Of a stretch of 64,000 bases of DNA, positions 53,876 through 63,516 are shown in pieces. The notes beneath the pieces are model-generated. The model searched no databases. It saw only the letters and a program-made list of their open reading frames with translations, and was not told the DNA's origin. The translations under genes and the position numbers were made by a program. The DNA comes from Caldisericales bacterium. GTDB taxonomy: Bacteria; Caldisericota; Caldisericia; JAAYUI01. Numbering within the stretch: the stretch's first letter is position 1; the number at the start of each line of letters is the position of its first letter. The stretch lies in the NCBI GenBank assembly GCA_012517765.1, contig JAAYUI010000026.1, forward strand, positions 31,843-95,842, in the 5' to 3' direction.

Positions 53876-54628
53876 ATGATGGATTTGACGAAATCGGCAG
53901 GATTTGAAGTTTATTTTGACCCGGAGAGTGGAGAGCTTGTTTTCCCGCAGATACCGGATTTTTCTGGCCCAGCCATCAGAAAACTTGATGATGCAAGGGA
54001 TTTTCTCATGGACCCTCAAAGCACTGGTCCTGAAGTGCTCTACTGGATGTACAGAGGGGTTTCTTTGCCGCAGGACAGGGAAAAAATTGAATCAGCAAAC
54101 TTGCGGTACGACATAACTGTCTTCTCGCCTGGAAAGATTGGGAAAGAATATGTAAAGTCGATTGGCCATTACCACCCAAAAACACCGAGTGGCGAAGCTT
54201 ATCCGGAAATCTATGAAGTCCTTTTTGGAGAAGCTGTTTTTCTCCTGCAGGATGAAAATGTGGCCGATGCTATTGTGATTGAGGCTAGTAGGGGTGCGCA
54301 GGTTTTTGTTCCTCCCGGGTATGGCCATGTGACGATAAACCCGTCAAAAGATTTTCTTGTTACCGCCAATGTCATCTCAAACAAATTCACTTCTGAGTAT
54401 GGTGTTTTCAGAGAACACCATGGTGGTTGTTACTATTGTGTCGGAGCGGAGAACGAAAGAAGGTGGATTGTTAACCCTTCCTACCAAAAGCACCCTCCCC
54501 TCAGGTTCCTTGGCCCGACAGAAATGCCCGTGCTGAACGGTCTTTTTAGCAACCTGTATGAAAGCCTTGCAAAAGACCCAAAAATTTTCGTTTGCATGAA
54601 TATCCCGGAGATGTGCCCGGCATTCTGA
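53876..54628 (+). CDS. cupin-type glucose-6-phosphate isomerase (cPGI)
   Basis: Cupin PGI signatures SIGHYHPKTPSGEAYPEIYEV (GHxH…ExY) and PPGYGHVTIN. Confidence 0.75.
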   Translation: MMDLTKSAGFEVYFDPESGELVFPQIPDFSGPAIRKLDDARDFLMDPQSTGPEVLYWMYRGVSLPQDREKIESANLRYDITVFSPGKIGKEYVKSIGHYHPKTPSGEAYPEIYEVLFGEAVFLLQDENVADAIVIEASRGAQVFVPPGYGHVTINPSKDFLVTANVISNKFTSEYGVFREHHGGCYYCVGAENERRWIVNPSYQKHPPLRFLGPTEMPVLNGLFSNLYESLAKDPKIFVCMNIPEMCPAF

Positions 54629-54652
54629 TTTTTCCATCCCGAACGCCTAATT

Positions 54653-54686
54653 AAAAAAGGCCGTCCCTCGAGGGACGGCCTTTTTT
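54653..54686. terminator. bidirectional rho-independent terminator
   Basis: Perfect 22-nt palindrome ggccgtccctc/gagggacggcc (54659-54680) flanked by aaaaaa and tttttt. It lies between convergent cPGI and the giant propeller gene. Confidence 0.85.
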
Positions 54687-54710
54687 AATTATTGAATAAT
54701 TTGTCTTGCC

Positions 54711-57700
54711 TCAGGGAGTCGCGCCCTCATCGCCGAGGGTAGCTCCCCAGTTCATGCACAGTATGATGAGGTCCATTCCATCAACGATTCCATCTTCGTT
54801 GAAATCAGCCCTTGCGTCAAAATTCGGGTCTCCTCTTGAGAGTCCGAATGTTTTGCCAAGGAGTGTAAGGTCCTGGGTATCGACCTTGCCGTCACCGTTA
54901 ACATCTCCCGGTAGGAAGCCAGACACAGTCAGCTTGAGCGTTGGCTCGGTTCCGGTTATTGTCCTTACTGAAATGAACCCGTTGTTGCAGTCAAAGACTT
55001 TTATGTTGGCAATCCTGAGCCTGGTTTCCTGGGTTATATTGGTGCCCCTGAGTTGTACCCTACAGAAAACACCAGTGCCCGATATTGGCCCTGTACCCTG
55101 TTCCCTTGTCGAGGCAACATGGGCTATGCCTATGTTTGAGTCGATTGTCCTTACGAATGCCGATCTCTTCAGGTCGGTTGTCATGAGCGGGCCTTCGGTG
55201 ACGTCGATGATCTCGATTGCAAGGGGATCATAGATGATGTCAAATTCTACCGCGCAGGCATTGGTTAGGTTGCCAATCTCTATATCGACCGTATCAGAGG
55301 CCTTTTTCTTCAGACCCTTGTATTCAGGCGTAAACTTGACCATTTGTGGCGAGTCTGCCTTGTAGACCCTCAGCAGGACGTCCCTTGAAGACACTCTCTG
55401 GCCACCACCTATACCCACAGTCTGGAACAGGCATTCCTTAAGTCCTTTTTGGAGAGCGTCTGCGTCACCATCAAGGAAGGTCGGCGGGACCTTGATGAGG
55501 CATACAACTCTCTGAGTGAGCCTGCTTGGAGCGAGTCTCTTCGGCAGAAACTCGTATTCGATGCCCTTGCATGCTTCTCGTTGGTTGAGCGAGAATGCAA
55601 CGGAAGCATTGAAGTTTGATGTCATGTTGACTTCAAACACTGCCATGGCCATCTGTCCAGCGGATATCTGGAGTATGCCCTCCTTGGGGCTTATCGAGAA
55701 CCCGCCCTGCTCCTTCTTTACGGTCAGGATGAAGCTGACCTGCATCTTCGGGGCCTTTCGTCCGGAGTTTGTGACAATTGTCACCCTCTTGCCGTCTATC
55801 GGTTGTCCAAGGAATTCTGACTGGATGACCAGTGATACGACACCTGATGAGACGACCTCGTTCGGCTTGAATGTGAATGTTATTCCCGGGAAGTCGTTTT
55901 TGCCAAGCACTTCAAATGTGACGGGCAGATTGTATCCTTCGAGGAAATCAACTGCTATGCCAACTTCTTTTGTTTCACCGAGCCACATCACTATGTCCCT
56001 GTCGTCCGGGTTTGCCAGTTTTGACCTGTAGTCTCCAGGAACAGGCGGCTCAACAACAAGTGTGACAGGGAAGGTGTGTGATTTGCATCCACCCTCTGCC
56101 CTGAATGTTAGGTTGTATAGGCCAGGGGCCGTATTTTTGGCTATGTCCAGTTTGTATTTCGATTTCCCTGGAACAGGTGTAATGATTGGGGCAAATGAGC
56201 CAGTAACGCCCTTTGGAAGACCGTCTATGGACAGCGATACAGCACCCACAAATCCTCCTGCCGCGTCAATCGTGAGACCAATTTCAGCTGGTTCTCCTGC
56301 ATAAAGCGTTACTTTTGTTGTATTTGCTGTGAATGTGAAGTCCCCGGGTGCGGGCTTCCTGACTACAAGGCTGATGGTGGCGTTTCTCTCAAACCCTGCG
56401 CCGTAAGCCTGGATGACCATGATGTGTGTTCCTTCCGGACAACCTTCGCCGACGCTTATCGAAAGTGTTGTAGTTCCGGAAGCTGACAGGGTGTCAGGGC
56501 TGAATGTTGTTGTTGTGTCTGGTGGGGCCTGAATTATCTTGAACCTGACAGCAGTCTTGAGCGGGATTTCTGACCTGAAGAAGATGTTGAGCGGCATTGA
56601 TGTTCCCTGGCAAATGACCGGACTGCCGGTTTCCGGGGCAAGGCCAAATCCCCACTTCTGGGCCCAGGCCATGACATGGCCGTCTTCGGTTGCATAATAC
56701 AGCATTCTTCTGGAGAATGTCAGGTGGGATTTGCTTGGCCTGTTTGTCTTGATTGTGAAGATAGTTTTTCCATTTGGATCAAAGCAGTATATCTGGCCGT
56801 CCTTGTTGTATGTCATGGACTGCGCGTCCTTGTCGATTATCACCGAGCCGTAGGCGTACTGCCTCTTTTCACAGCTCCATTCGCCAATGACGTTGTCAAG
56901 GATCTTTTGCCTGTTTTCGGATTCCACCCTGACAAACCTGTTTGTCTGTGTCCTTATCTCCGGTGTGATGCCCCAGTTTGTGTTGACGTGGATGACATCT
57001 TTGTCTGGATTGATCCTGAGTGCCGGCGAGCCAAACGTTGGCCCGAATGTTGCCAGCTGCCAGCGCATTGATCCATCGGAGATGTTGTTCCTGTATATCA
57101 TCGAGCTGCCATAGCAGTAGTTGTCGTCTGTGGCACCCTGTGCGCCTGCAAAATAAAACTCGCCCTTGTCTACATCGACCGGGCAGGCATTGATTGGCCT
57201 TGATTTGAAAAACTCGGTTTCCCAGTATTTCTTCCCGTCCTGAGCGTCGAGCTGGTAAACTTTGCCGTCCATGCATGGGACAAGGATGGTGCTTTTGTTT
57301 ACTTGCGGAACCCTGTTGAATGCGTAGGAGAACGGGGCGTAGCAGGACGCCGGGAGTTGCTGCTTCCATATTATGGTGTCGATGTCGGTGTGTGCGGCCA
57401 TGCAGTAAACTGTGCCGTTGACTGTTGCAAAATATACCCTCTTTGTTGGCACTTCTGGCTGTTTGAGCAGGAGCACGGATGTCCTGATTGGTTTTGTCGT
57501 GTTGTAGCTCCACACCCTCTGGCCAGTTTTTGCGTTGATACAATAGAAGTTTCCATCGAGAGAGCCAATATATATGTAGCCATTTTCAGTGTCGAGTGCC
57601 GGGGTGCACATAACTGGCCACTGTTTGTCTTCATTGTCGTCAAAATTGTCAACTTCCGAGACAGACTTTCCGAACTCAAAAGACCACATTTTTGTTCCCA

Positions 57701-59840
57701 GAACGGCATCGAGGCAGATCAGCGAAGACCTGTGTATTCTCGAATTGTCCTTTGATTCCCATTCCGCAACAACAAATAGCTTGCCCATCCCGTTTACCGG
57801 CTGTGTGCGATACCTGACCACGGTCTCCGGGTTGTCGTCCGGCTTGAAGCTGAAGTCCCAGCGCGGTTCGGGATCAGTTAAGAATTTTTCTTTGGTGTTT
57901 GCGCCGGTCTTGAAGATGTTTTGCTGGAACTGCGTCCAGTCTTCGGTGTCAAATCCACCAACAGTGAACCATACGTTTGTGGTTCTCACCTTTCCACCGG
58001 CGTGGCCCTGCAGTTCGATTACATATCTATCTGCCTGTGTGGTGGTGTCTGTCCTGATGACCGCAGTTGCGTAGCCATCGGGTGTTATCTTGTCCGGGAT
58101 GAAGTAGACCTGCATGCCCGGCGGGAGTGTTGACTGATTCGGATAGAAGGCAACCTCTGCATTGAATCCGCCGATAGCTTCGACCTTCACCTGGAACGAT
58201 ATTGAATCTCCCTGGTTGACGTTTCTGTCTGGAGAGAGCTGGTCTGGTGACACCGATAGCTTGAAATCGCCCGCCAGTGGCGGAAGGACCTGTATTTGAA
58301 TGATAGCATTTCTTTCCCTGCCAAGCAGAATGCCGCTTACGTTGCAGATGTAGTTTCCTGGCTGTGCTTCTGGTGATGCCTCAATCGTGAGGTCAACCTC
58401 GACCGGCTCGATTCCAGGGAAAATGAATGGTTTTGAGAACTGGGCCTTCAGGGTGGTTGGCAAACCAACCGCAGATAGCGTGAGCGGGTGGGAGAAGTTC
58501 ATTGTGGCCGAAATGGTCACCTTGAATGACCTCTTGTTGCCTGGATATATCCCCTCTGACCTCGGAAGCGCGTCTATTGTGAAGTCATCATGGTCTGAGA
58601 AGGCATACAGCCTTGCATCATTGCAGGCGCAGTAAACCATGCCCTCGTTGACGATCGGGTGCCCGGTTATGGTGTTCCCAAGTGACTGCTTGAACACAAC
58701 ATTGCCCTTTGCGGCATCAATTGCATAAAGCATGTTGGCAGCACCAAGCACTGCATACTTTCCAGAGACTATAATGTCTGTGGTGATAGGCGTTCCGAGC
58801 TTGTATGACCAGCGCATCCTTCCGGTTGGCGGGTCTATCATGTAGACAGTACCGGTGTCTGATCCTATAAGGATGCCGATGTTGTCCACAACAGGCGGGT
58901 TTACAACAGACGGGCCGGCCCTGTGGAACTGGTCAATCTCCATGTTCTTGCCCCAGATGACGTTGCCGGTCGTTGTGTTGATCCCGTATATCTTTCCCTT
59001 TGCACCGAGCACCGATTTGCCCCTTGAGGCGCAAACCAGGAGGTTGTAGCTCGGGATGTAGCACGGGGTGTTGTTGAACTCGTACATTTCCTTGTCGTCG
59101 ATGACTGTTTGGGAGATGAGCTTTCCGGTCTTGAGGTCAAGTATTGTCAAAACACCCAATGTGTTGAGCTGGAAGATTTTTTGCTCTGCAACAACAGGGT
59201 CAGACTGTGGGAAACCATTGAAGCCAAATCCCCATATCCTTGTTCCTGTCTTGTAGTCAAGGGCGAAGATCGCGCCTTTGTCCACGGTCACAAGGACCAT
59301 CATTTGCCCTGGCACCAGGCCGTCATTTTCACCAACGACTGTTGGCCCTGATGTTATCTGGGCTGTGCTTCCCTCCGAGCCTGGCGTCCATTGCCATCTC
59401 TGGGTGCCTGTTACTGCATCAAAGCAATAAAGCACTGACTGGCGTTCAATCTGGCCGCCGGTTGCCACATAGAGGTTCTGGGTGCCGACATTGATTGTTG
59501 GGGATGAAACCGGGAAGTTGGACATTTCTGCAGTTTCCCAAAGCTCTTCGCCAGTCGTCCTGTCGATGCAGTGCACCTTGCGGTCGTTTGATGCGATGTA
59601 GACCCTTGATCCGCAGGCAACAGGGGGTGTCGAGATATTGGCTATGCTCTGCCAGTACCATGTTTGAAGAAGGGCGGGTGCATTTATCTGGGTGCCCTGG
59701 TAGACTCCGTCCCTGAAGTTGTTTCCTTTTCTCGTATCAAAACATCCGTCCGCTGCGATGGTATTTTGAATGGTTGCGGGGAACGGAACAAGTGGTGCCA
59801 TTATGGCCACAGAAAGCAGCAAAACTAGGATCTTCTTCAT
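54711..59840 (-). CDS. giant secreted protein: PQQ-like beta-propeller blades + Ig-like (CARDB/NEW3-like) domains + cohesin-like domain + C-terminal type-I dockerin
   Basis: 1709 aa with signal peptide MKKILVLLLSVAIMAPL. More than 12 blade motifs (GEELWET, TQRWQWT, TRIWGFG, GNVIWGKN, GRMRWSYK, TKMWSFEF, GQRVWSYN, KKYWETEF, MRWQLATF). Cohesin-like …DIEIGNLTNACAVEFDIIYDPLAIEIIDVTEGPLM…. Dockerin duplicated loops DVNGDGKVDTQDLTLL / DFNEDGIVDGMDLIIL. Confidence 0.8.
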   Translation of the reverse strand: MKKILVLLLSVAIMAPLVPFPATIQNTIAADGCFDTRKGNNFRDGVYQGTQINAPALLQTWYWQSIANISTPPVACGSRVYIASNDRKVHCIDRTTGEELWETAEMSNFPVSSPTINVGTQNLYVATGGQIERQSVLYCFDAVTGTQRWQWTPGSEGSTAQITSGPTVVGENDGLVPGQMMVLVTVDKGAIFALDYKTGTRIWGFGFNGFPQSDPVVAEQKIFQLNTLGVLTILDLKTGKLISQTVIDDKEMYEFNNTPCYIPSYNLLVCASRGKSVLGAKGKIYGINTTTGNVIWGKNMEIDQFHRAGPSVVNPPVVDNIGILIGSDTGTVYMIDPPTGRMRWSYKLGTPITTDIIVSGKYAVLGAANMLYAIDAAKGNVVFKQSLGNTITGHPIVNEGMVYCACNDARLYAFSDHDDFTIDALPRSEGIYPGNKRSFKVTISATMNFSHPLTLSAVGLPTTLKAQFSKPFIFPGIEPVEVDLTIEASPEAQPGNYICNVSGILLGRERNAIIQIQVLPPLAGDFKLSVSPDQLSPDRNVNQGDSISFQVKVEAIGGFNAEVAFYPNQSTLPPGMQVYFIPDKITPDGYATAVIRTDTTTQADRYVIELQGHAGGKVRTTNVWFTVGGFDTEDWTQFQQNIFKTGANTKEKFLTDPEPRWDFSFKPDDNPETVVRYRTQPVNGMGKLFVVAEWESKDNSRIHRSSLICLDAVLGTKMWSFEFGKSVSEVDNFDDNEDKQWPVMCTPALDTENGYIYIGSLDGNFYCINAKTGQRVWSYNTTKPIRTSVLLLKQPEVPTKRVYFATVNGTVYCMAAHTDIDTIIWKQQLPASCYAPFSYAFNRVPQVNKSTILVPCMDGKVYQLDAQDGKKYWETEFFKSRPINACPVDVDKGEFYFAGAQGATDDNYCYGSSMIYRNNISDGSMRWQLATFGPTFGSPALRINPDKDVIHVNTNWGITPEIRTQTNRFVRVESENRQKILDNVIGEWSCEKRQYAYGSVIIDKDAQSMTYNKDGQIYCFDPNGKTIFTIKTNRPSKSHLTFSRRMLYYATEDGHVMAWAQKWGFGLAPETGSPVICQGTSMPLNIFFRSEIPLKTAVRFKIIQAPPDTTTTFSPDTLSASGTTTLSISVGEGCPEGTHIMVIQAYGAGFERNATISLVVRKPAPGDFTFTANTTKVTLYAGEPAEIGLTIDAAGGFVGAVSLSIDGLPKGVTGSFAPIITPVPGKSKYKLDIAKNTAPGLYNLTFRAEGGCKSHTFPVTLVVEPPVPGDYRSKLANPDDRDIVMWLGETKEVGIAVDFLEGYNLPVTFEVLGKNDFPGITFTFKPNEVVSSGVVSLVIQSEFLGQPIDGKRVTIVTNSGRKAPKMQVSFILTVKKEQGGFSISPKEGILQISAGQMAMAVFEVNMTSNFNASVAFSLNQREACKGIEYEFLPKRLAPSRLTQRVVCLIKVPPTFLDGDADALQKGLKECLFQTVGIGGGQRVSSRDVLLRVYKADSPQMVKFTPEYKGLKKKASDTVDIEIGNLTNACAVEFDIIYDPLAIEIIDVTEGPLMTTDLKRSAFVRTIDSNIGIAHVASTREQGTGPISGTGVFCRVQLRGTNITQETRLRIANIKVFDCNNGFISVRTITGTEPTLKLTVSGFLPGDVNGDGKVDTQDLTLLGKTFGLSRGDPNFDARADFNEDGIVDGMDLIILCMNWGATLGDEGATP

Positions 59841-59851
59841 GCTTTCCTCCT

Positions 59852-61354
59852 TTATCTCTTCACGTATACTATCGTGACCCTGCGGTTTGCCGAGTCGTAG
59901 CTTGTTGTTGCGCCAAAAGAATCTGCAATAAATCTTATTGGTACCATTGTTCTGCCAGTCTTTGGTGGAATTTGTGGTGGAACATCAAGGAACATTGTTT
60001 TTCCGTCAAGCGTGTAGTTCTTTTTGCCTATCCAGAGCCTTAGGTGGTGCTGTACCGGTGTCCCACCCTCCTTGACTGTCCAGACAATGTCAATGCGTTT
60101 TTCAGTCGCCTCAAAAGTTGGGTTCATGCCGAAGGCCTCGGCAATAAATCTTAGTGGGACCAGCACACGGCCACTAATGTTTGTTGGTGGTGGATCAATT
60201 ATGACGACGCTTCCGTTGATTGTTCCCTGGCGCTGGCCTTCATTCATTATGATGGTAGTTTTCTTGATGAGCGATACGGAGTGTGTTTCCTGGACTATGT
60301 TGCCGGCTTTGTCGATTGCCGCAACGTGCACGGTGTTCGGGCCTTCAACGAGTCTGAGCTGGACACAGAAGGTCCCATCATTATTTATTGGCACCCTTGC
60401 GCCCTGCACAAGGAGCGAGATTCCGGTTTCCGGTTTTTCTGTCTTGCCGCAGAGGTTGTAAGTGACTTCTTCGACTTCTGGAGGTATCGGGGCAAGCTCA
60501 AGGATTGGCGGGGTCGAATCATAATTTATTGTTACGCATGCGGGCTGGGAGACGTTTCCGAACTCGTCCCTTGCCCTGACGCAGAAGGTGTTTTTGCCCT
60601 GGGCGCCAAAGGTGTAGGAATAACAGGTCTTGTCCATCCACGGTGTCCATTCGCCGCCCCTGATCGGGTCCTCAAGCCTCACCGAATACTGGATCTTGTC
60701 CTGCGGGGTGCTGTCATCTGTGGCCTGGTAGCAGAACTGTCCTATGACCTGGTTTGTTTCTGGTGGCGGGCTCTTGGTTATGGTCACGCTTGGAGCGATG
60801 TTGTCTTTTGCGCAGATGTTTATTTTTGATTCTTCCAGCCTCACCGGCACCTTCTCCAGGAATGTTTCACCCTGCTTTGTCTGGAGGTTGATCAGATTGA
60901 CTTCCTTGAAGCCGAGTGCGCACTCGCCAACGATCTTCACCTTTGCCGAGAAGTACAGGACAAGGCCCTCGCCTGCTATTGGCCCGTATGAATCGTTCTG
61001 GTCATTGAACCTGGTGATGCCAAATATAAGCTTGCCGACCTTTGGGTTTTGCGGCTCAGTGGTCACCTTGCTGGCAAAATACGTTGTGGCGCCGTCCTGC
61101 CTGAAGAATTCGCCCTCAACCACCTTGTCAGGGTTGATCTCGAGATATTGGGTGTCAAAAAGTATTTGGGCACCAATCCCGTAGGCGAAGGGGCATTCAG
61201 TTATCTTCACCTGTACGAGGATCTCCGAGCCCACTGTTACACACTCAAGCTGGGGTGATATCCACAGGGTAGCCATGTCCTGAGACGATGCTGTCCTATA
61301 GAACCCACCCAAAACAAGAAAAAACAGCAATGCAAACGTTGCCAGTTTTTTCAT
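59852..61354 (-). CDS. secreted cohesin-domain protein with Ig-like domains and C-terminal stalk (copper-amine-oxidase-N-like) domain
   Basis: Signal peptide MKKLATFALLFFLVLGG. Cohesin-like VGSEILVQVKITECPFAYGIGAQILFDTQYLEINPDKVVEGEFF. C-terminal …GRVLVPLRFIAEAFGM…GRTMVPIRFIADSFGATTSYD. Confidence 0.75.
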   Translation of the reverse strand: MKKLATFALLFFLVLGGFYRTASSQDMATLWISPQLECVTVGSEILVQVKITECPFAYGIGAQILFDTQYLEINPDKVVEGEFFRQDGATTYFASKVTTEPQNPKVGKLIFGITRFNDQNDSYGPIAGEGLVLYFSAKVKIVGECALGFKEVNLINLQTKQGETFLEKVPVRLEESKINICAKDNIAPSVTITKSPPPETNQVIGQFCYQATDDSTPQDKIQYSVRLEDPIRGGEWTPWMDKTCYSYTFGAQGKNTFCVRARDEFGNVSQPACVTINYDSTPPILELAPIPPEVEEVTYNLCGKTEKPETGISLLVQGARVPINNDGTFCVQLRLVEGPNTVHVAAIDKAGNIVQETHSVSLIKKTTIIMNEGQRQGTINGSVVIIDPPPTNISGRVLVPLRFIAEAFGMNPTFEATEKRIDIVWTVKEGGTPVQHHLRLWIGKKNYTLDGKTMFLDVPPQIPPKTGRTMVPIRFIADSFGATTSYDSANRRVTIVYVKR

Positions 61355-61417
61355 GGTTCCTCCTTCCCAAACACTTGGTTTTGAAAACCTGCTACGGAAA
61401 GAAAAAATACATATTGG

Positions 61418-61446
61418 TTTATAAATACCACTCTTTTGCCAGTCAA
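61418..61446 (-). promoter_or_regulatory. candidate promoter of the cohesin / giant-propeller gene pair
   Basis: Minus strand: TTGACT (61446-61441), 17-nt spacer, TATAAA (61423-61418), about 60 nt upstream of ATG 61354 (GGAGGA SD). Confidence 0.45.
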
Positions 61447-61475
61447 ACTTAAATACGTTTCAACATATGTGCGGT

Positions 61476-62915
61476 TTAATACCATTTTGTAAGCAACGCC
61501 CCCTGATAGTAGTGGGATATGATCTGGGCATACGTTTTCCCGGATTGTGCCATGGCCTTGGCACCGTACTGTGAGAGTCCGACGCCGTGGCCCCATCCTC
61601 TTCCGCAAAAAACAACAAATTCTGAAGCAAAAACTATATCAAACCAGGTGCTGTTGAGTGAAAACGTCGATCTGACAGTACCACCTGAAACCTTGGCCTC
61701 GCCTTTTGTCCCGATGGCAGAACCTGCATAGGTCCTTCCGGAGACGCCCAGTTTTGTTGGTTTCCAGTCGATTATTGCCCCTATGTCGGTCTTGATCAGC
61801 GGTTTGAATATCTCCTGGAATTCCTCCATGGGCACTGTCTTGAACCATGTGTGGCGCGGTGATTCCTCCTCGCCTGGTGAAGGGACGCCTTTCAGGTATG
61901 GTGTTGGACTTAAAAAAACATACTCGGAATTTTCGGTATAACCGCCAGAGTTGGCAAAAAATACTGCATCTATAGGTTTTCCCTGATAGATAGCCACCAT
62001 TCCCATGGTTTCATCAATTGCCCTGTTGGATTGTGGCTGTTCACGGTCCAGACCGCCGTACACCTGGCAACCGGTGTCTGCGCAGATGTCGTAGGCGTAG
62101 TTTGTTGGCCTGTCGATGTAGCGTATTGCGTATGTTCTGGCTGCAACGGCCTGAGATTTTACTGCTTCGATGTGCCACAGTGCCGGCATCTCTGCAGGAA
62201 CAACACCCCTCAGATAGTCTTCAAATGGAAGAGTGTTGACCATTACAAATTTTTCGTTTGAATAGAACAGCTCAAGTATTCCCCGGTATCTCCTGCTGTT
62301 ATACTTTGCATATTGCCCCTGCTTTATTTCAATGGCAAATATTTTTGTGGCTTTTCCAGTCACGACAGGGTGCATGACGATATTGTCGCCGATCTTTACT
62401 GTCAAACCGGCATGCGCAACAACCGCTGCTTTTGGGAGATCAGAGAGGAAAGATTTTATGGCATTTTTTGCCTCGTCCTCTGCCTGATATTCGCCAATCT
62501 CGAGTGAAAAAACACCCTTTTGTGAAACGATATTGTAGCCGGTACCAGCCGGGAACCTTGAAAGTAGTGTTTTGGCAAAGTTCTCAGCGTCTGCGCTGGT
62601 GTAGAAGGTGTCTATGAATACTGAATAAACTGCTTTTTCACCGTCCTGGACAAGGCACTTTGTTTCCTTCTGGAGGGTGCATGCGACCTTTCCACTGGAT
62701 GCCTCGATGACAGAGAATTGATCTGTCCCGCCAATGGTGAATTCTTTGGCAATCGACCCCAGTCCAACCCTTATGGCAGGTTCTTTGCTTGCCGATATGG
62801 TGAAGGGGAGTGTCAGGCTAATAGCCAAGAACAAGGCGAGTGATTGAGCCGTAAATTGTTTGAATTCCCAAGAAGTTGTTATAGACCAGACCTCCGAAGA
62901 ATGATTGTGAAACAT
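61476..62915 (-). CDS. SpoIID/LytB-domain protein (lytic transglycosylase-like)
   Basis: Nearest plausible start is ATG 62915; the ORF-track start 63086 lies deep inside cvpA. Signal-like AQSLALFLAISLTLPFTISA. SpoIID motif YLRGVVPAEMPALWHIEAVKSQAVAARTYA, and C-terminal GRGWGHGVGLSQYGA. Confidence 0.8.
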   Translation of the reverse strand: MFHNHSSEVWSITTSWEFKQFTAQSLALFLAISLTLPFTISASKEPAIRVGLGSIAKEFTIGGTDQFSVIEASSGKVACTLQKETKCLVQDGEKAVYSVFIDTFYTSADAENFAKTLLSRFPAGTGYNIVSQKGVFSLEIGEYQAEDEAKNAIKSFLSDLPKAAVVAHAGLTVKIGDNIVMHPVVTGKATKIFAIEIKQGQYAKYNSRRYRGILELFYSNEKFVMVNTLPFEDYLRGVVPAEMPALWHIEAVKSQAVAARTYAIRYIDRPTNYAYDICADTGCQVYGGLDREQPQSNRAIDETMGMVAIYQGKPIDAVFFANSGGYTENSEYVFLSPTPYLKGVPSPGEEESPRHTWFKTVPMEEFQEIFKPLIKTDIGAIIDWKPTKLGVSGRTYAGSAIGTKGEAKVSGGTVRSTFSLNSTWFDIVFASEFVVFCGRGWGHGVGLSQYGAKAMAQSGKTYAQIISHYYQGALLTKWY

Positions 62916-63516
62916 AGGTTCCCACAGGCGATTTGCCAGCAACACCTGCAGGGAAAAGTGCTGCAAAAATGGCCAGGATGCCAAACCCAACAAAAAAGGC
63001 GAGAAAGGCATAGGTTGCTCCGCCAAGGAGGTTGTCGAAGTCATGAACAAAACCCTCCTGCGGGAGTGAAAGCTTGGTTCTTTCAACCAGCATCTTTGTG
63101 AAAAAACCGATTATTACGAGTAACAGCATAAACACCAACACTACGATCATTGTGTTTGCGACCCAGTAGGAAATCAGGTCACCGGTTGTTGAAACTGTGT
63201 ATCCCTGGTCAACAACCCTTCCAAGCATTCCCTTTGCCCATGGCGGAAGACCGCATTTTGCAAGGGCGTTCGCAACAGTCGAGCAATCCTGTAGTGGTGT
63301 TCCCGATATGGCTGGCGAGAGTAGCGATGCCAACCATGAAACGATGCCAAATAATGACTGGAGGAGATTTTTTACTGGAGCGGCTAGTAAAAATGCTGCA
63401 ATCCAGGCGATGAGTGTCGCAAGGCTACCGAGGATTGCACCAGAGAATCCTATCATCAGCCCTTTGATGGCCATAAAGACAATGAAAGCCAGAAAAAGGT
63501 AATCAATCCAGTTCAA
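62818..63516 (-). CDS. cvpA: CvpA-family membrane protein
   Basis: MNWIDYLFLAFIVFMAIKGLMIGF is a typical CvpA N-terminus. 4-5 TM helices. Confidence 0.8.
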   Translation of the reverse strand: MNWIDYLFLAFIVFMAIKGLMIGFSGAILGSLATLIAWIAAFLLAAPVKNLLQSLFGIVSWLASLLSPAISGTPLQDCSTVANALAKCGLPPWAKGMLGRVVDQGYTVSTTGDLISYWVANTMIVVLVFMLLLVIIGFFTKMLVERTKLSLPQEGFVHDFDNLLGGATYAFLAFFVGFGILAIFAALFPAGVAGKSPVGTYVSQSFFGGLVYNNFLGIQTIYGSITRLVLGY

